Positions 1 to 13,130 of a DNA stretch of 64,000 bases are shown piece after piece. A program made the translations under genes and the position numbers. Numbering within the stretch: position 1 is the first letter of the stretch; each line of letters begins with the position of its first letter. Under the pieces are notes generated by a model. The model was not told the DNA's origin and made no database searches. It worked only from the letters and a program-made list of their open reading frames with translations. The DNA comes from the human T2T-CHM13v2.0 reference genome, Homo sapiens, in NCBI RefSeq assembly GCF_009914755.1, contig NC_060939.1. One strand, 5' to 3'.

Positions 1-29
1 GTAGTGCCTGGAGGCCCTCATCTACCCTC

Positions 30-848
30 ATGATTGTAGCTAACATCTACATGGTACTGGTACCCAAATCTGGTTTTCTATCCCTGACACCTTCCAGTGC
101 TACAGATCCGTACCTGCCAGACCTTTGAACTTCTTGAAATTCACACAAATCTCAACCCCATCATATTCAAAATAGAGCTTGTCCCATTTGCCCTTGGGCA
201 AAACCCCCTTTTCCAGCTGTGGTCCTCAGTTCAGTGAACAGCACCTTTCCTCAACCAGCTTACAAGACAGAAAGCTGGGTGTCATAATCCCTTCCCCTTC
301 ACTCTCAGATCACCATTTAAGTAATTCCCAACTCTTACATATATCTCAGATCTATTCACTTCTCTAATTGGCATCTCAAACCTTGCATGTCCAAATAGGA
401 AGTCTTGATTTGTACCCCTGACCTTCTAATTTCCCACTGACTACTTCTCACTGCTTCCCCTGGTACCCTGAACACACCACCAAGATCTCTTGCTTGGGCT
501 ATTGCAGTAGAACTTCTAGTGCTTCTGGCCATTCTCATTTATGATTCTCCACAAGGAAGCAAAGGCAATCTACAGAGTCATTTCTTAACTCTCACATCTA
601 AAGTAGCTACCCCCATTCTCCTTGCCACTGTCTCTCACAATGCCTGTTTTATTTCCCTCACAGGACAAGCACTGATCTCTTCTCGAATCTCTTATAGAAA
701 TATGTGTTTCCTTCTTTATTTTATGCCTCTCTCCATTAGAATGCAAGCTGCAGGAAAGACAGATGTTTTCACTGCTGCATTTTCAGTAAGTTATACAGTG
801 TCTGGTACATAGGAGGGTCTCATTAAGTAAGTTTTGAATAAATAAATT
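30..848 (+). mobile_element. L2 LINE relic (3' portion, fragmented)
   Basis: Degenerate L2 3' motifs: ctcagttcagtgaacagcacc...gaaagctgggtgtcat and the terminal tagaatgcaagct...cagtgtctggtacatagg...ttgaataaataaat. Confidence 0.7.
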
Positions 849-1768
849 CTAGGATTGATATTAATACAAGGAATAAGCTGGAGGAGGGCCTGCTGATGAG
901 ATCCTGCAATTGTTCTAAATGTAAAGAAAGGTCATATGTTTTGAGTAGCAAACAAGAGGTGAGAATGTAAATACAGAAGGTGCTACAGATGAAAACTATT
1001 TGTTCACTTGAACTTAGTTGAAAAATATCAGATTTGGGTATTTTGTGGTGTGAATTCAAATTGTAAGTTTTATTATAGAAAAAGTATGAGAGGATGGTGT
1101 CTAATAAATATAAATAGACTGTTGATTCTCTAATACTGAGTGGAGAATTACTGCTATACGTTTCTGTTGTTTCAGAGGTATCTTTGCTTATTAATGAATT
1201 CAATTTCTCTCCATGCACTCCCCGAACTAAACATTATTGTCTGACCTGGAAGAGCAAATTCATCCTTTTCAAAACTATAAACATTATTATTTAATAGATT
1301 TGGATAGAAACAAAATTATTACATGCTCTGCAGAAAGCAAAATTAGTCATGTCAGGAAAATCTTCATCCAAATAAGTTAAATAAGTTGATTAGGAGAAAG
1401 ACACAGGAGAGCAGGTTGTCATTTGAGCTGGGATAGAGTAAAAAATATAAATAAATTTTTTGGTTGCTTTTTACTGTCAAAAACTCAGTAAAATAGTTGA
1501 GATTTGAGGACAGGAGTGAAGGAAGAAATAAAATGAGCATAATGAATGTGTCGGGAGAGATTATTCTAAGGGGGAAGGGAAGTGCAAAACAGCAGAGCAG
1601 GGAGTCTGGAAAGGGCTCAGGGGACTCAAGGAAGTCAGTCTGAAGCAGAGAGTTGTGTTTTTATCAAATTTCACCAAGTCTGTGATATTCTTCTGAGCAA
1701 TACACAGTACATTACCCCATGCCGTTGTAATAAATAATTCATTTACTATTTTGCATGGGTAGAAAAGC

Positions 1769-1790
1769 AGTGGCGCCATTTTGACTTCCT
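1769..1790 (-). promoter_or_regulatory. YY1 consensus site adjacent to an ETS core
   Basis: CGCCATTTT at 1774-1782 (AAAATGGCG on minus) and ACTTCCT at 1784-1790 (AGGAAGT) in non-repeat sequence; motif only, no binding evidence. Confidence 0.35.
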
Positions 1791-1885
1791 ACTGGCACTC
1801 CCACTTTTTTTCAAGGGAAATGAGTGCTTCTCATCTCTGCAAACATCTCCCAACTGCAAGAAAGGCAGTAAGCAAATTTCTATAC

Positions 1886-2093
1886 CTGGCTGGCAAACAG
1901 GATTCATTTCTTTCTTTGAATTTAGAAACTGTCACTTCTGGGTTTCTTTTGTGAGAAATAGTTCCCATAACAACCTGAGAAGCCAGACCTCTGGGGGACC
2001 TTCAGAGGAGCTCTGGAATCTTCTTTGCCTCGGAGGTAGGGAGGAGAATGCCAGCAGTCCCGCTCAGGAGCCCTTGTTGACGCACACTTGTAC
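1886..2093 (-). other. Candidate 208-nt exon (unverified)
   Basis: Minus-strand acceptor ggctctcttccag|GTACAAG (AG at 2095-2094) and donor CCAG|gtatag (GT at 1885-1884); locally GC- and CpG-richer than its flanks. Confidence 0.25.
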
Positions 2094-3299
2094 CTGGAAG
2101 AGAGCCAATCCCTGAACACCACAGGCAAATCCGCTGCCCTTCCAGGTTGCCGTAAATTATGCAGCATCTCAAATAGCAAAGCAATAGTTTTACATCTATC
2201 GACTAATGACTAAAAGAAGGAACTATTGTAAACTATCCTATATTCTGAAAAATAATGTGTGTCTCAGGGCATTTTAAACACTGATATTGATAAATTCTCT
2301 GTACATTTCAAATATATTGTATAAATAGATGAGCATGAAAACATTTGCTTGCATTCTTGAATATATGTATATTTCCTATAAAGGTTATCCACTGAAATTT
2401 TCTAAAGAATATTAAGAAAAAAAAAACAACAAAATTTGGAGAAGATAGCTTCTTTGTAACTGTACCTCACATAACTCACCTATTATACACCCTAAAAGAA
2501 ACATGTTTAGAATAAAGGGGGAAGCCACTGAATTATATAGTAATTCAAATAAATACATAGAAATATCCTATTTTTTAATAAATTTACTTTGCAAATGTTC
2601 AGTTTTGAAATCTTTTTTATGGTTATTTATTGCTATGAATGAATATATTATTTCTAATTTATTATTTAAATTTAGCTAGATGAAAAATGATTGGCTGGGG
2701 CATAGTAATATCTCTGTAATGTAAGTTTGCAACAATAGGTCACTTTCTCTTCACATTATTTTATATTTCTAGACCTGCTATAATAGCACAAATGATTCCA
2801 TTATACAGGTATTTTTCATAATAATATTAAATTACCTTTACGCTCTTCCAGAAATTGTACATAGTGATTTGTGCTATATCCATCTTTTCTTCTGCTAGTG
2901 GAAATGAGAATTTGCCATGAGATTTTTAACCCCAGCTTTCCCAACTGCACCCATCCTACATTTGAGAAAGTAAACAAGGTAATGGAGAAAAAATGCTATT
3001 GTTAACAGGCCAACATACAATGACGGAACTAAGAGAATTCTGCTAAATAAGAAAGTCCTAATTTAATTTTTTTCCATTTAATGTGTGTAGGTTGCTTTCA
3101 TTTGTTACAGCCTAATATAAAATTTTCAGTACAATAAGACTTTAAGAATTCAGACTTTATAAATCTACATATTCCCCCTCATGTGAACAGGGACTGAATT
3201 AAAATTTAACTTGGTCCTAACCATACTGGAGTACAAAAGTACATACTTAATACAATAAGAAGAAAATTTATGTTTTAATTCTAATTTTTAGTCTAATAG

Positions 3300-3890
3300 A
3301 GCATGGGCATTTTTTGAGAATGGAATATTTTGTGTTTGGCGTTGGTATGATGTTTCTTCATGGTGGGATTCAGGTCATGCATTTCAGTTCAAAATAATAT
3401 ATGAGAGATGCTGTGTTCTCTGCACCTCTCAGACCAGTCATAAGTGTTGTCTGACTATTGCGTTATATAGTCACTTTTTTCCCCTTTGCTATTAAGTAAT
3501 TTGGGAGCAGATTTTTGATAGTATTCTATAATATTTCTTATTATCAAAATCCCCTCTTAGAGTTTTAAGTCTTTATTTTCTCTCTTCTTCATTTTAAAGA
3601 GTTGTTATTGCTTTGTTTGACATCCATATCTCTTTGCAGTTGCCTTTCTCTTTTCAGATTTTGGAATGGGCTTTTGTCCTGTGACTTTGATTTTTAGATA
3701 GGTTCCTAAAAAGTTGTTACTTTGCTCCATATCAAGATTTTCTGGTTGCAAGGATGACAGCCTCTGTGTGTTTTTTATTTTTATTTTTTTGGCTCTCTAC
3801 TTGTCCAAGCTGAAATTAGAAGCCTCTGTTTTTGGCATTTAGATGTTTAATCCATCTGGGCTGGTTCTTGTATATGCAACTAATTTTAGC
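3300..3890 (-). mobile_element. Ancient L1M fragments
   Basis: T-rich degenerate L1 motifs such as ggattcaggtcatgcattt, cccctttgctattaagtaatt and tttagatgtttaatccatctgg. Confidence 0.5.
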
Positions 3891-4344
3891 CTACTGATTT
3901 TTATTTATACTCTATTCCTTTCATATTTATTCTTGTATATGCTATAAGAAAAAGTAAAGAGTTTGAAATTGCCTGTGTCCCTCACCAGTTGAGTAATTTT
4001 ACGTTTAGCACGGTGTGCCAAAGGAGGTCTTGGATTCCAAAAACAAATAATTAATGGGGACTACTCCTTACCATTTAGGGCAATCTGGAAAGAGGCTTGC
4101 TAAAAGTTACCTTAGAGACCTTTATGGTATTTCAGATACTCTCTCTTTTCATTGTCTGCTCTATTTCACTAAGAGACTCATTAAAGACTTTTGTGGTAGA
4201 CCGTTGGAGTCATGAGTTAATTTTCTACTCTTGTCTTGCTTTTTATATTCTTCTCTTCTTCGATACAATCCTTATTTTCCCTGGCCTGGCTGCTTTTTTG
4301 GTTCTGCAGTAAGGTTTCCATAGTCTATTACCTATGATGAAAAC

Positions 4345-4445
4345 GATCCAAGACGTGAAGTCAGAGAGATCTGGATTTGAGGCTTGTATGTAAGACTTTG
4401 GTCAAGTTATTTAAGTTCTCAGCCACTCAACTTCCTCATCAGTGC
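4345..4445 (+). mobile_element. MIR SINE fragment
   Basis: gtcagagagatctggatttga...gactttggtcaagttatttaagttctc...cttcctcatc resembles the MIR core. Confidence 0.65.
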
Positions 4446-4611
4446 TACATCTATTGCTAGGCTATTTTAATTGCTGTTTGTTCATAAATTTTATTTTTTC
4501 CTTTTAAAAAATCTTCTCAAATTTTATTTTTCTCTAAAGCCACCTGCACCTCAGTGTGGATCGGAACTTTCTAGTTTTTCACATGTTCACAGAGCCTCAC
4601 AAACCACAAAT

Positions 4612-5050
4612 TATCTTCTCTTCCTAGGTAAATTATCCCATTCCCACGACTTCCAATGCCAGGTATAAGCCGATGATTTTCAAATTCTTCCTCCATTCCT
4701 GAACATCTTTGAATCCCAGACTAAACCCAAATGCCTACACATCATTTTCATTTGATTCGCTAATAGGTATTTCAAACTTCACATCCAATACTGACCTTTT
4801 GATTTCCCTCAGGAAATATGCCTTACCCTTAGTGATCCCCTTCTCAATAAATAGCACCAACCATTATCCAGTAGCCTTGGACAAAATAATTTGAAGTTAT
4901 TCTTGACTCTTTTATTTCTTTACAGCCCATATCCAGTCCATCAGCAAACATATATCCCAAATCCTTTAACATATGTCTGCTACTACATCCTAGTCCACAT
5001 TAGCATCATCTCCCACCTAGAAAACTGATGTTGACTCCTAACTGATATCC
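4612..5050 (+). mobile_element. L2 LINE relic
   Basis: ccttctcaataaatagcaccaaccattatccagtag...ttcttgactc...cccatatccagtccatcagcaaa, typical of L2a. Confidence 0.75.
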
Positions 5051-6611
5051 TCTGGAAATCACAACCTGAACAGTCTGGATTCTGTAATTGGCTCTTCTAG
5101 CCCAACTGGAGTTACTTCCGTTATTCACAGCCCATTTCTTCTGAATGCCACACATCTGCCTTGCTTATCATGATGTTATTGCTTTCTGAAGGCTCTTTTA
5201 TTTGTTATGTACTTGGCAATCTAATTCCATCCATTCTGCAAAACACAGATCAAATGCTGCCTATTTATTACATAAATTTTTTCTTGTTCTCAAAGCCAAA
5301 AGTAGTATGTTTTTTTGGAAATCCCATGATACATTTTTGTTACATAACTTTCCTTTAAACGATCTATTAATATTTTTAAATTAGAAGAGTAAGACAGCTG
5401 TAGGTTGAAAATTGAAACAATGCAAAGGGATGCATTCTAAAATAGATATCTTTCCCTTCCTTCACCCCTCTCACTGATTTAAAGAAGTAAACATGGTTAA
5501 CAATTTTTCATATTGAAAGTATTTTTCTAGACTTGTCATATGCCTTTTAACTTTGCTCTTTATAATGTTTACTAAATGCTTAGAAATGTCTCAACTTGGC
5601 CAATTGTTTCCTTCTTTATTAGAATGTAATGTCCATGTAGTGATCACAATGTGTTACACATTGAAGGTATGCAGCTACTGTAAAATGAGAAAGAAAATCA
5701 GAGATGGGAGTTTTAAAAGGCTCCTTGCTGAGCAGTTTTAACTACAATATAGTCATACACTACAGTATCCAGGCAGAATTTAAGCATGGATTTCAGTAAA
5801 TTTATTTATATGCCCTTAACAACACCCCACATCATGCCAATATGCTATTCAGCTGATTTATAACAACCATACCCATCTGCCTTTTTAAGAAACCATTTAA
5901 TTTTAAAAATTACATGTATAGAGTTTTTGTCCTTGACCTTCCTACAGATATTACTGAAAAATCAAGCTAAAAACTCTCCAAAATCTCATAAATTACCCCA
6001 CTCCTACAGCTTACATCACCCTGCCTCTTCCTTGACAGCTGAATTAATTTTAAGAAGTCCCATGGAGTCACCCTCAGCCATTCATTATCTCAGGCCTGTG
6101 GCAGAGCCCTATATAGGCATTTGCCAGCTTGTCCTTTTAATCGTCTCCTAATGATGAATTGGCCTTGAGTGGTTCTGTGTTCTATCCCTGTCCCTTTACT
6201 GACTCCCTTTTCCCTTGTTGGCCATTGTTTCTTCCTCCAGGGACCTTGTTGGAATCCACAGCCCCAGAGCAGAAACAAAGACATGCTTCACGATTACCTG
6301 CACAACCTTAAGCCATGCATTACTTCTGTACAAAATTTCAACTTTATCAGGTCTTTATCACACACCTCACTCAGCCTTCCCACTTCATTTTCTGTGTTTG
6401 TCATTGTACTTACTTATGGAACTGAAGCCAGCTGATTTTGCTTCCAAGTCATAAACCCAAATGGACCCTCTAGCTTCACTGTTTCCTTTCCCAGGCATGC
6501 CCTTGGCTTGACCACACCTCTTCTGTTTCTACCTCAAGATTTCTCCACCCTCACCCTTTGCCTTTCCTTGATGACGCAGCTGGCACTTCAGACACTTTTT
6601 AGGTGCAGCAC

Positions 6612-7173
6612 TGTGTCATCAGGATTCAGTCAGGGAAGCAAAGACCACACCAGGTATTTCAACAGACATAATTTAATATCAATTACGTAGGTGTCGGAGG
6701 ACTGAAAGAGCAATAAAAAGAATGAAATAGCTCAGAGATGCTAACACCAGAAGAGCTTCCACCCACAGAACTGGGGAAGACAGGGAAAAGAAATGGGTTG
6801 TCATAACCTACAAACGGAGGAAGCTCTACACATCTGGAATTGAGTCCTTAGAGGGCATTATTTTTCTTGGTGCTGGTGCACTTGAGGTATGGATGGTGCT
6901 GGGGTGGAGAAAGTAGTTGGGCTTGAATCAAATGGTACAGTCATGGTGAAGAGTCATTGTTGGTGTCACCCTTGCAAGAACCAGAAGCAAACAGAAAGAA
7001 GAAAATCCCGTCCCTGTTTCTCTTGCTTCCTAGTTTTCCTCTAGTGCCTCTTATCAAAACCTAACAGGAAGTCAGCTGACAAGGGAGAAATAAATTTTTC
7101 ACTCCACCATCACAGAGCGGGACACCAGAAGGTGAACTTGAATCTAAGAGACAATAGCTTAATAATTAGCATT
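6612..7173 (-). mobile_element. Solo ERVL-class LTR, LTR41-like
   Basis: Ends tgtgtcatcaggattcagtcaggg... and ...gagacaatagcttaataattagca; ATTAAA signal on the minus strand near 6672; internal ctaacaggaagtcagctgacaag matches the recalled LTR41 consensus. Confidence 0.6.
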
Positions 7174-7569
7174 CAAAGAAGCTCCCTTAGTTTGGTTCAT
7201 CTCAAACTATTTGCATTATTTTAAATTTTCACACTTCCATTCCTCTGTCCCTTCCTCTCCATTTCCACCTACCGAATTCTTTCTCAGATGTCATTTATTT
7301 CTGGAAATTTGCTTCACTTATTCAATTCCTAGAGGAGAAAGAAAACCAAATCATTCCTCTTTCAGGGTCCCATAGTTCTTTACACACACGGCCAATAGGG
7401 CCTTCAGCAATGCACTCGGTCTGTAGTTATGAGGTGTGTTTCTCGGCATGAGAGTTAGAGGTCCTCAAAGATGGGAACTTGTATATCCAACTGTCTATTC
7501 ATAGGTTCTGGATCAAAATTAATGGTTCTATCTATGTTATAATAATGACTTGACCAGAACTAAAAAGTG

Positions 7570-7660
7570 ATACACATCATCTTTTTATTCCACTGGTCAG
7601 AACCCAGCATTGTGGCCCAACTCACTGTAAAGGGAGGTTGGAAAATGATGTCTTCCCATA
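7570..7660 (-). mobile_element. MLT1 (MaLR) LTR fragment, old subfamily
   Basis: attccactggtcagaac...tggcccaactcactgtaaagggaggttggaaaatg resembles MLT1J/K sequence. Confidence 0.45.
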
Positions 7661-8449
7661 TCTGTTGGGAAGATGGGGATAGATGAGGAGTTGTGAGCAT
7701 CTAGATAGGCTCTGCAACACTTTCCATCTACAAGTATATCCCACCTAGCAAAGAACGTCCTGTAGACCAAGAACACACACAGAGAAACACACATGCACAC
7801 ACACTGCATGATAATACATGACTCTTTATTCAACTTTGGATTATGGAAAAGGTTTGAAGGCTGAGAACATCAGAGCAAAACCATCTTTGTTTCCCTTTGA
7901 CATGTTTTCATATAAACTACTAAATGAGGAAATATATGAGCAACTAGACCATATATCTTCAGAAGGAGACTTAGCCACATAACTCTAGAAATGCTGATTT
8001 CTAATATTTAAAATAAAGTGAATATCCTGCCATTTGTATTTTTCCCCTATAGTTGGATGGAGAAAAGCTGTTGCAATACAGAAACATTATTATCAACTTG
8101 GATTGTATCATTTAGGGGAGGATTTTATCCAACAGTCCATTTCACAAGTATTAGGGAATTTTTCCCATAAGTTCTTATCTCTCTAGTCTGACAATCTGCA
8201 TACGTAACAGACAGCATTTCATACATTCTAATATTACAAGTGAATAAATAAAGAAATGCGTCACTTTTGGCAGATTCAACACTAACAGTCTTCTTGTATT
8301 TGGAATGTCTTTTTTGTGTAATAGATACAATGCTGGTTTGGCATGTGGATATCAAGGGTACCAGTCAGAGGGCAAAAGAAAACTTTTAGAGGTTGATATT
8401 TGGGAAGTAAAACGATTTCAGGGAGAACCGAGTAGGAGCGAAGTCAAGA

Positions 8450-9392
8450 AGCTGGACTCTTGATCTTTCCTCCTATACCCATTCTTCCACAGTCTTCCCC
8501 ATCTCCGTGTGTGAAAACTCCATCCTTCCACTTGCTTATGCCCAGATTCTTGCAGTTATCTCTGAGTATTCTTATTCTGTCACATCCCACATCTAATATC
8601 TCAGTAAATCTTGTTGTTAATACCTTCAAAATAGATCTAGCGTCTTACCACCTCCAGTGCTGCCCTCATCAACTCTCACCTAGACTATTACATTTGCTTC
8701 CTAGTTAGGCTATCGTAGCCAACCCTCGATGCCACAGTCATTTCTCATGTAGCAGCCAGGGTCCACCTCCCAAACCATTCCTCCCCTCCAAAGATGCTCT
8801 CAGAGCAAAACTCAAACGTTCATACCACGGCCTCCTATGTCACACCAAATCTTGCCCCCTTTGACCTCTTAGGCTCCCTCCCTCCCTCCCTCTCTCTGTT
8901 CCAACTCCCAGCTGTGCTGACACAGCTCTTCAAACACTGTCCTGACCATGAATTGGGCCTTTCTGTCTCCTTTCCTCCCTCCCCTCCTCCTTTCCTTCCT
9001 TCCCCACCTCCCTCCCTCCCTTTCTCCCTCCCTCTCTCCCTCCATTCCTCCCTTCCTCCCCTCCTTTCATTTGCTCATACCTTGCTATTCTTTCATGCTG
9101 CCTTGTTCTTGCTCCTGGTCAAGTCTCAGTAAGGTGTCCCTGTCAATCTTTGTGAACATTGTATTTTCTGTCTTCATCTTTCTGTAACTTCATTCTCTGC
9201 TTTATTTTCCTCCAGAGCACTTACCATCTTCTAGAATACAAGGCTTTTCTTATTTATTTTAAATTCTCAGTCTCTCCACAGTAGAATAAAAATTCCATGA
9301 GGACAGGAACTGTCATCTGTCTTTTGTCTGCTGTATTTTCAGTGTTCAGTACAGTGTCTGAAACATTGTAGGAGCTCAGCAAATACTGGTAT
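8450..9392 (+). mobile_element. L2a LINE 3' region with internal CT-rich expansion
   Basis: cagtcttccccatctc...cacatcccacatctaat and terminal tagaataaaaattccatgaggacaggaac...cagtgtctgaaacattgtaggagctcagcaaatac. Confidence 0.8.
8970..9066. repeat. CT-rich polypyrimidine low-complexity tract
   Basis: Imperfect (CCCT/CCTT)n run; also (CCCT)4 near 8876-8891. Confidence 0.9.
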
Positions 9393-9879
9393 AATATATT
9401 ACAGGAAACACTAGACAGCAGAAACAAGAGAAAACAACTGCCCCTTTTACAGGATGGTTGTGAGTGTCCAATTAAATGAGGTTTTACTTTGCAAGTTATA
9501 AGGCACTAGTTACATGTATCCGTATTAGTGCTGATAGTAATACTCAACAATTATTGTGTTTACTTAAATGAGGTGCTGTGTAAAATCTTTATCTGAAATA
9601 TGTGATTCAGAGTGAAGCCAGTGCAGAATTAGAGATAAGTCCACTTTTTTACTTCTGCCTTTTTTCAGTCAGCTAACGTGTTGTTGTTCTATGATACATT
9701 CCCTTTCAAGATGAGAAAAATGGGCACATTCCACTGTTTCAGAAAGTCTGGGAAATTTCACACTGGCCTAATGAAACCAGTTTGTGGTACAGTCAACAAC
9801 CAAATACATGACAGAATCAAGAAAAGTTCACATTATGTTTGCCACAAGACAGTTTGTTCAGAAACATGATCTTCTTGAA

Positions 9880-10880
9880 TAGTGACAGCTTTCTTAGGCA
9901 GAACATGAAGTGGTAACTTTATAGAAGAAACAGGATGAATCAGATTATATTAAAATTACAAACACCTATTAATCGAAGGCAACTGTTGAATAAATAGAAC
10001 AAAATCCAAAGAGTGGAAGAATATGGCTGCAATACATATGTTGCGTGAAAATCTCGTATCTAGGAGATGTACAGAACCCCTGCAAATTGGTAACAGAGCC
10101 AATCTAATATACAAATTGGCAAATTACTTGAATGTACATTTAACAAAAGGGAATATCCAAATAGTTATTTAAGTAGTTACCATATGTAAAAAAGTACTCA
10201 ATGTTTTAATCTTCAGGTAAATCAAAATTAAACCCACATGAGATACCCTACACACCAAGCATGATGGCAAAACGTATAAAAAGAGAAAATACCAAATATC
10301 GGAAGGATGCAAAGCAACCAAGGCTTCTTATCATACGCTCCTAGTGGAAGTGAAAACTGGCACAACTGCTTTGGATAACTGTTTAGCAGTAGCTGTTAAA
10401 GCTGAGCATATCCCTACCCTGTGACAAGGCAATTATATTCCTCAGAATACACCCGGTAGAAATGCTTACCTATGTTTACCTATGGACAACACTCTTTGTA
10501 GTGGCCAGAATTTGGCTACTACCCACATGCCCAAAACATGAGACTGGATAAATATTCACACAAAAGACACTGTCAGAAGGAGAATGAACCATCCACACTT
10601 ATATTCAATATGTGTGAATCTTATAAGCATGATGGCGTGTGCAGGAAGTCAGACACAAAAGAACACATACTGTATGATTCCACTGAAGTTCAAAAGCAGA
10701 CAAAACCAATCTGTGCTGTCTGACGTCAAGGCAGAGGCCTAACTTTGGTGATAGAGACGGGGCAGAAAGGTGATTTCTAGAGTGCTCGTGCAGCTCTCTT
10801 TCTGAATCTGGATATGTGTAGTTTATAGACGCATGCAACGTGCTTTTCTGTATGTATCTCATATTTCAAAGTTAAACAAG
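9880..10880 (+). mobile_element. L1ME-type LINE 3' end
   Basis: ORF2-end/3'UTR motifs: aaattggcaaattacttgaat, caaaattaaacccacatgagatac, ggcacaactgctttggataactgtttagcagt, catactgtatgattcca. Confidence 0.8.
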
Positions 10881-12949
10881 ACAAAAGCAAAAGCGAATAA
10901 AGATTCCTTCCCTATCTTGCTCTATCACCCTTTGAAATAACATTCTGCATATCTATTTTACATAACTGTAAAGAAAACGAAAATCTAGTCTCAAAGGCAC
11001 AATGCGTCTCATTAGACTGACACATTCAGAAAGCAGGAATACACTTTCAGAAATGAAAATTCTAGTCAAAGACAATATATTTGATAGTGTTCATCATTAT
11101 GATGGTGACATATCATTATAATGTAAGGGATAAACAGGCATAAGTATTATAATGCATGTGATATTTACTTACTTTTGATAAATTCAGGTTTCGAGTGGTC
11201 GAACGTTGTTTGTTCTTCCTATTAGGGGTGTCTTATCGGCTGTGTCATGTTTTTCTAACCCGAGGTTGCTGATTTCTGTTGCTGGACACATGTGAGGGCC
11301 ACAGGGAAAGAGGCCTGACAAGCATTCCTGCAGATAGTGCCTGGTTCCCTAGCAAGAGTGCTTGGAAATTTTTCAATGTTTCCTCTCTCTTTTGTGAAGC
11401 AACATAAAGCAGTTCTTTTAAAATAAGTCCAGATTTCTTTGTGATTGGTGTGACCATCACAGGTGAGTTTGTCAAGGCCAGTATCCTTTGCCCTCCTGGG
11501 AAAAGGACTGCAGGCCACCAGTGCGTGAGGGTCCTGCAACCCTGGGGCTAACAGAGAGGCAGCATAGCCTAGGGAAAGCGGCAGAGGACAGGGCAAAAGG
11601 ACTAGGAGGGCACGAAGGCTTGGTTCAATTAAACCAAGTAGCCGCTATACCCTCTATCCCTTCACCAGCACCAGTAAGGGAAATGATCCTGACCCTCTGC
11701 AGAACACCACAACGACTCTAGGTGGATGCTTAACTGGTGGCTGCACTGGCCTGTGCCACCCATTTCAATCTGGGCTAAACTTTTTATCTATCCCTCTCTC
11801 CTTGTGCCAGTCTTCCCAATGTTTCTCGACATCACATTAACTCCCCTCCCAGTACAATAATCGACTCCAATCTGCTATTATCATGGAAATAGAAGAGGTA
11901 AAGTGCCTGTAATAGGATCCAAATCAAATCACTTTCACTTCAGCCGGCTTTTGCTGTGAAGCCAAGGATTCCCCAGGGAGATTCAATAGAGAGAAACACC
12001 TGCAGACACAGGCTGAGGCCCAGAGAGGAGATGGAACACGACAGGCTCCACTTGCCTGTAGCATCTCCTTAGTTACAAGACAGTCACCTCAGGAGTAATG
12101 ACCTCAGGCAGGCTCTGATAAACTTGTGACTCAAAGGCAAAGCCAGGATCTGACTCTCACTCTGTTGGACGCATCCGGAAGCAACACGTTGGTTTACAAA
12201 TCACAGCACTGGGGCTGTGGTTAAGTGTCCTTCCCTGAAATATGTGCTTTCAATGGGGTTGCTTTTGCATGAATTGCTGCTTGTTCTTTGAGCAGCCTAC
12301 CCTCAAGGAAAAAATTACATGTATGTATCACTTGCTCTTAAGAAATAAGCAAGGCCAGAACAAATGGAATTAAACATAATTGAGACCTGGCAGCGGGTAA
12401 GGTAAGAAAAGCCCAGCAACATTGTCCCTTGGACGTTTCAAATACTGAAATCCCTCCACTTTTCCTTCCATTGCATTTCCCAGATGGTTACAGGTTGAAG
12501 TGCTTCAGAGTGAAGCCTTTTCTTCTATACGCAAGTCTATCAGTCCACATCTATTTTGTTGACTCTCCTGATGCATATTTCTAGTTAAGTAGCAATGCTG
12601 CATACATTTATGATTGTACGTAACTTCTTGTTTTGGCTCAGAATCTGACACAGACTTGGGAAGAAGACCTTGCAGTGAATGATTACTTTTCTGCCAGTGT
12701 CTGAAAATGTTAGCTACCTAGACTAATTGATAGTTTCGGTAAGCAAGTTATCAGAGAAGCAATAAGTGCAATTCTAATCTTCATTTCACAGACATAATAG
12801 AGCATCATGGTAGATATTTCCAAAACAAATGATTCACTGAAAACATTCTCCAACAAATGCCTCCTTCCGTACTCTTTTGTAGTTTTACCCTTGAACTTCA
12901 TCTGAAAAGTAGACAAAAGGGTTGGATAATAAGAAAACCCGAAATAGAG

Positions 12950-13130
12950 TTAAAGATACTGAGTTTGCATTAAGGTTTCACCCTTTGTCAGCCATTTGAC
13001 TTTAGGCAAATATCTTAATCTCTCTAAACTTGTATTTCCTCCTCAAAAGAATTCTTTCTTCTGTGTAGTCATGAGCATTACCAGAGGTGTGGTATTTGAA
13101 AGCATTTTGTTATCTCTAAATCACTATGCT
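12950..13130 (+). mobile_element. MIR/MIR3 fragment
   Basis: tgactttaggcaaatatcttaatctctctaaacttgtatttcctc and gaaagcattttgt. Confidence 0.6.

Noticed and set aside
823-1218. 131-aa ORF
   Set aside because: AT-rich, with low-information L/S/I/F composition and no splice or domain support
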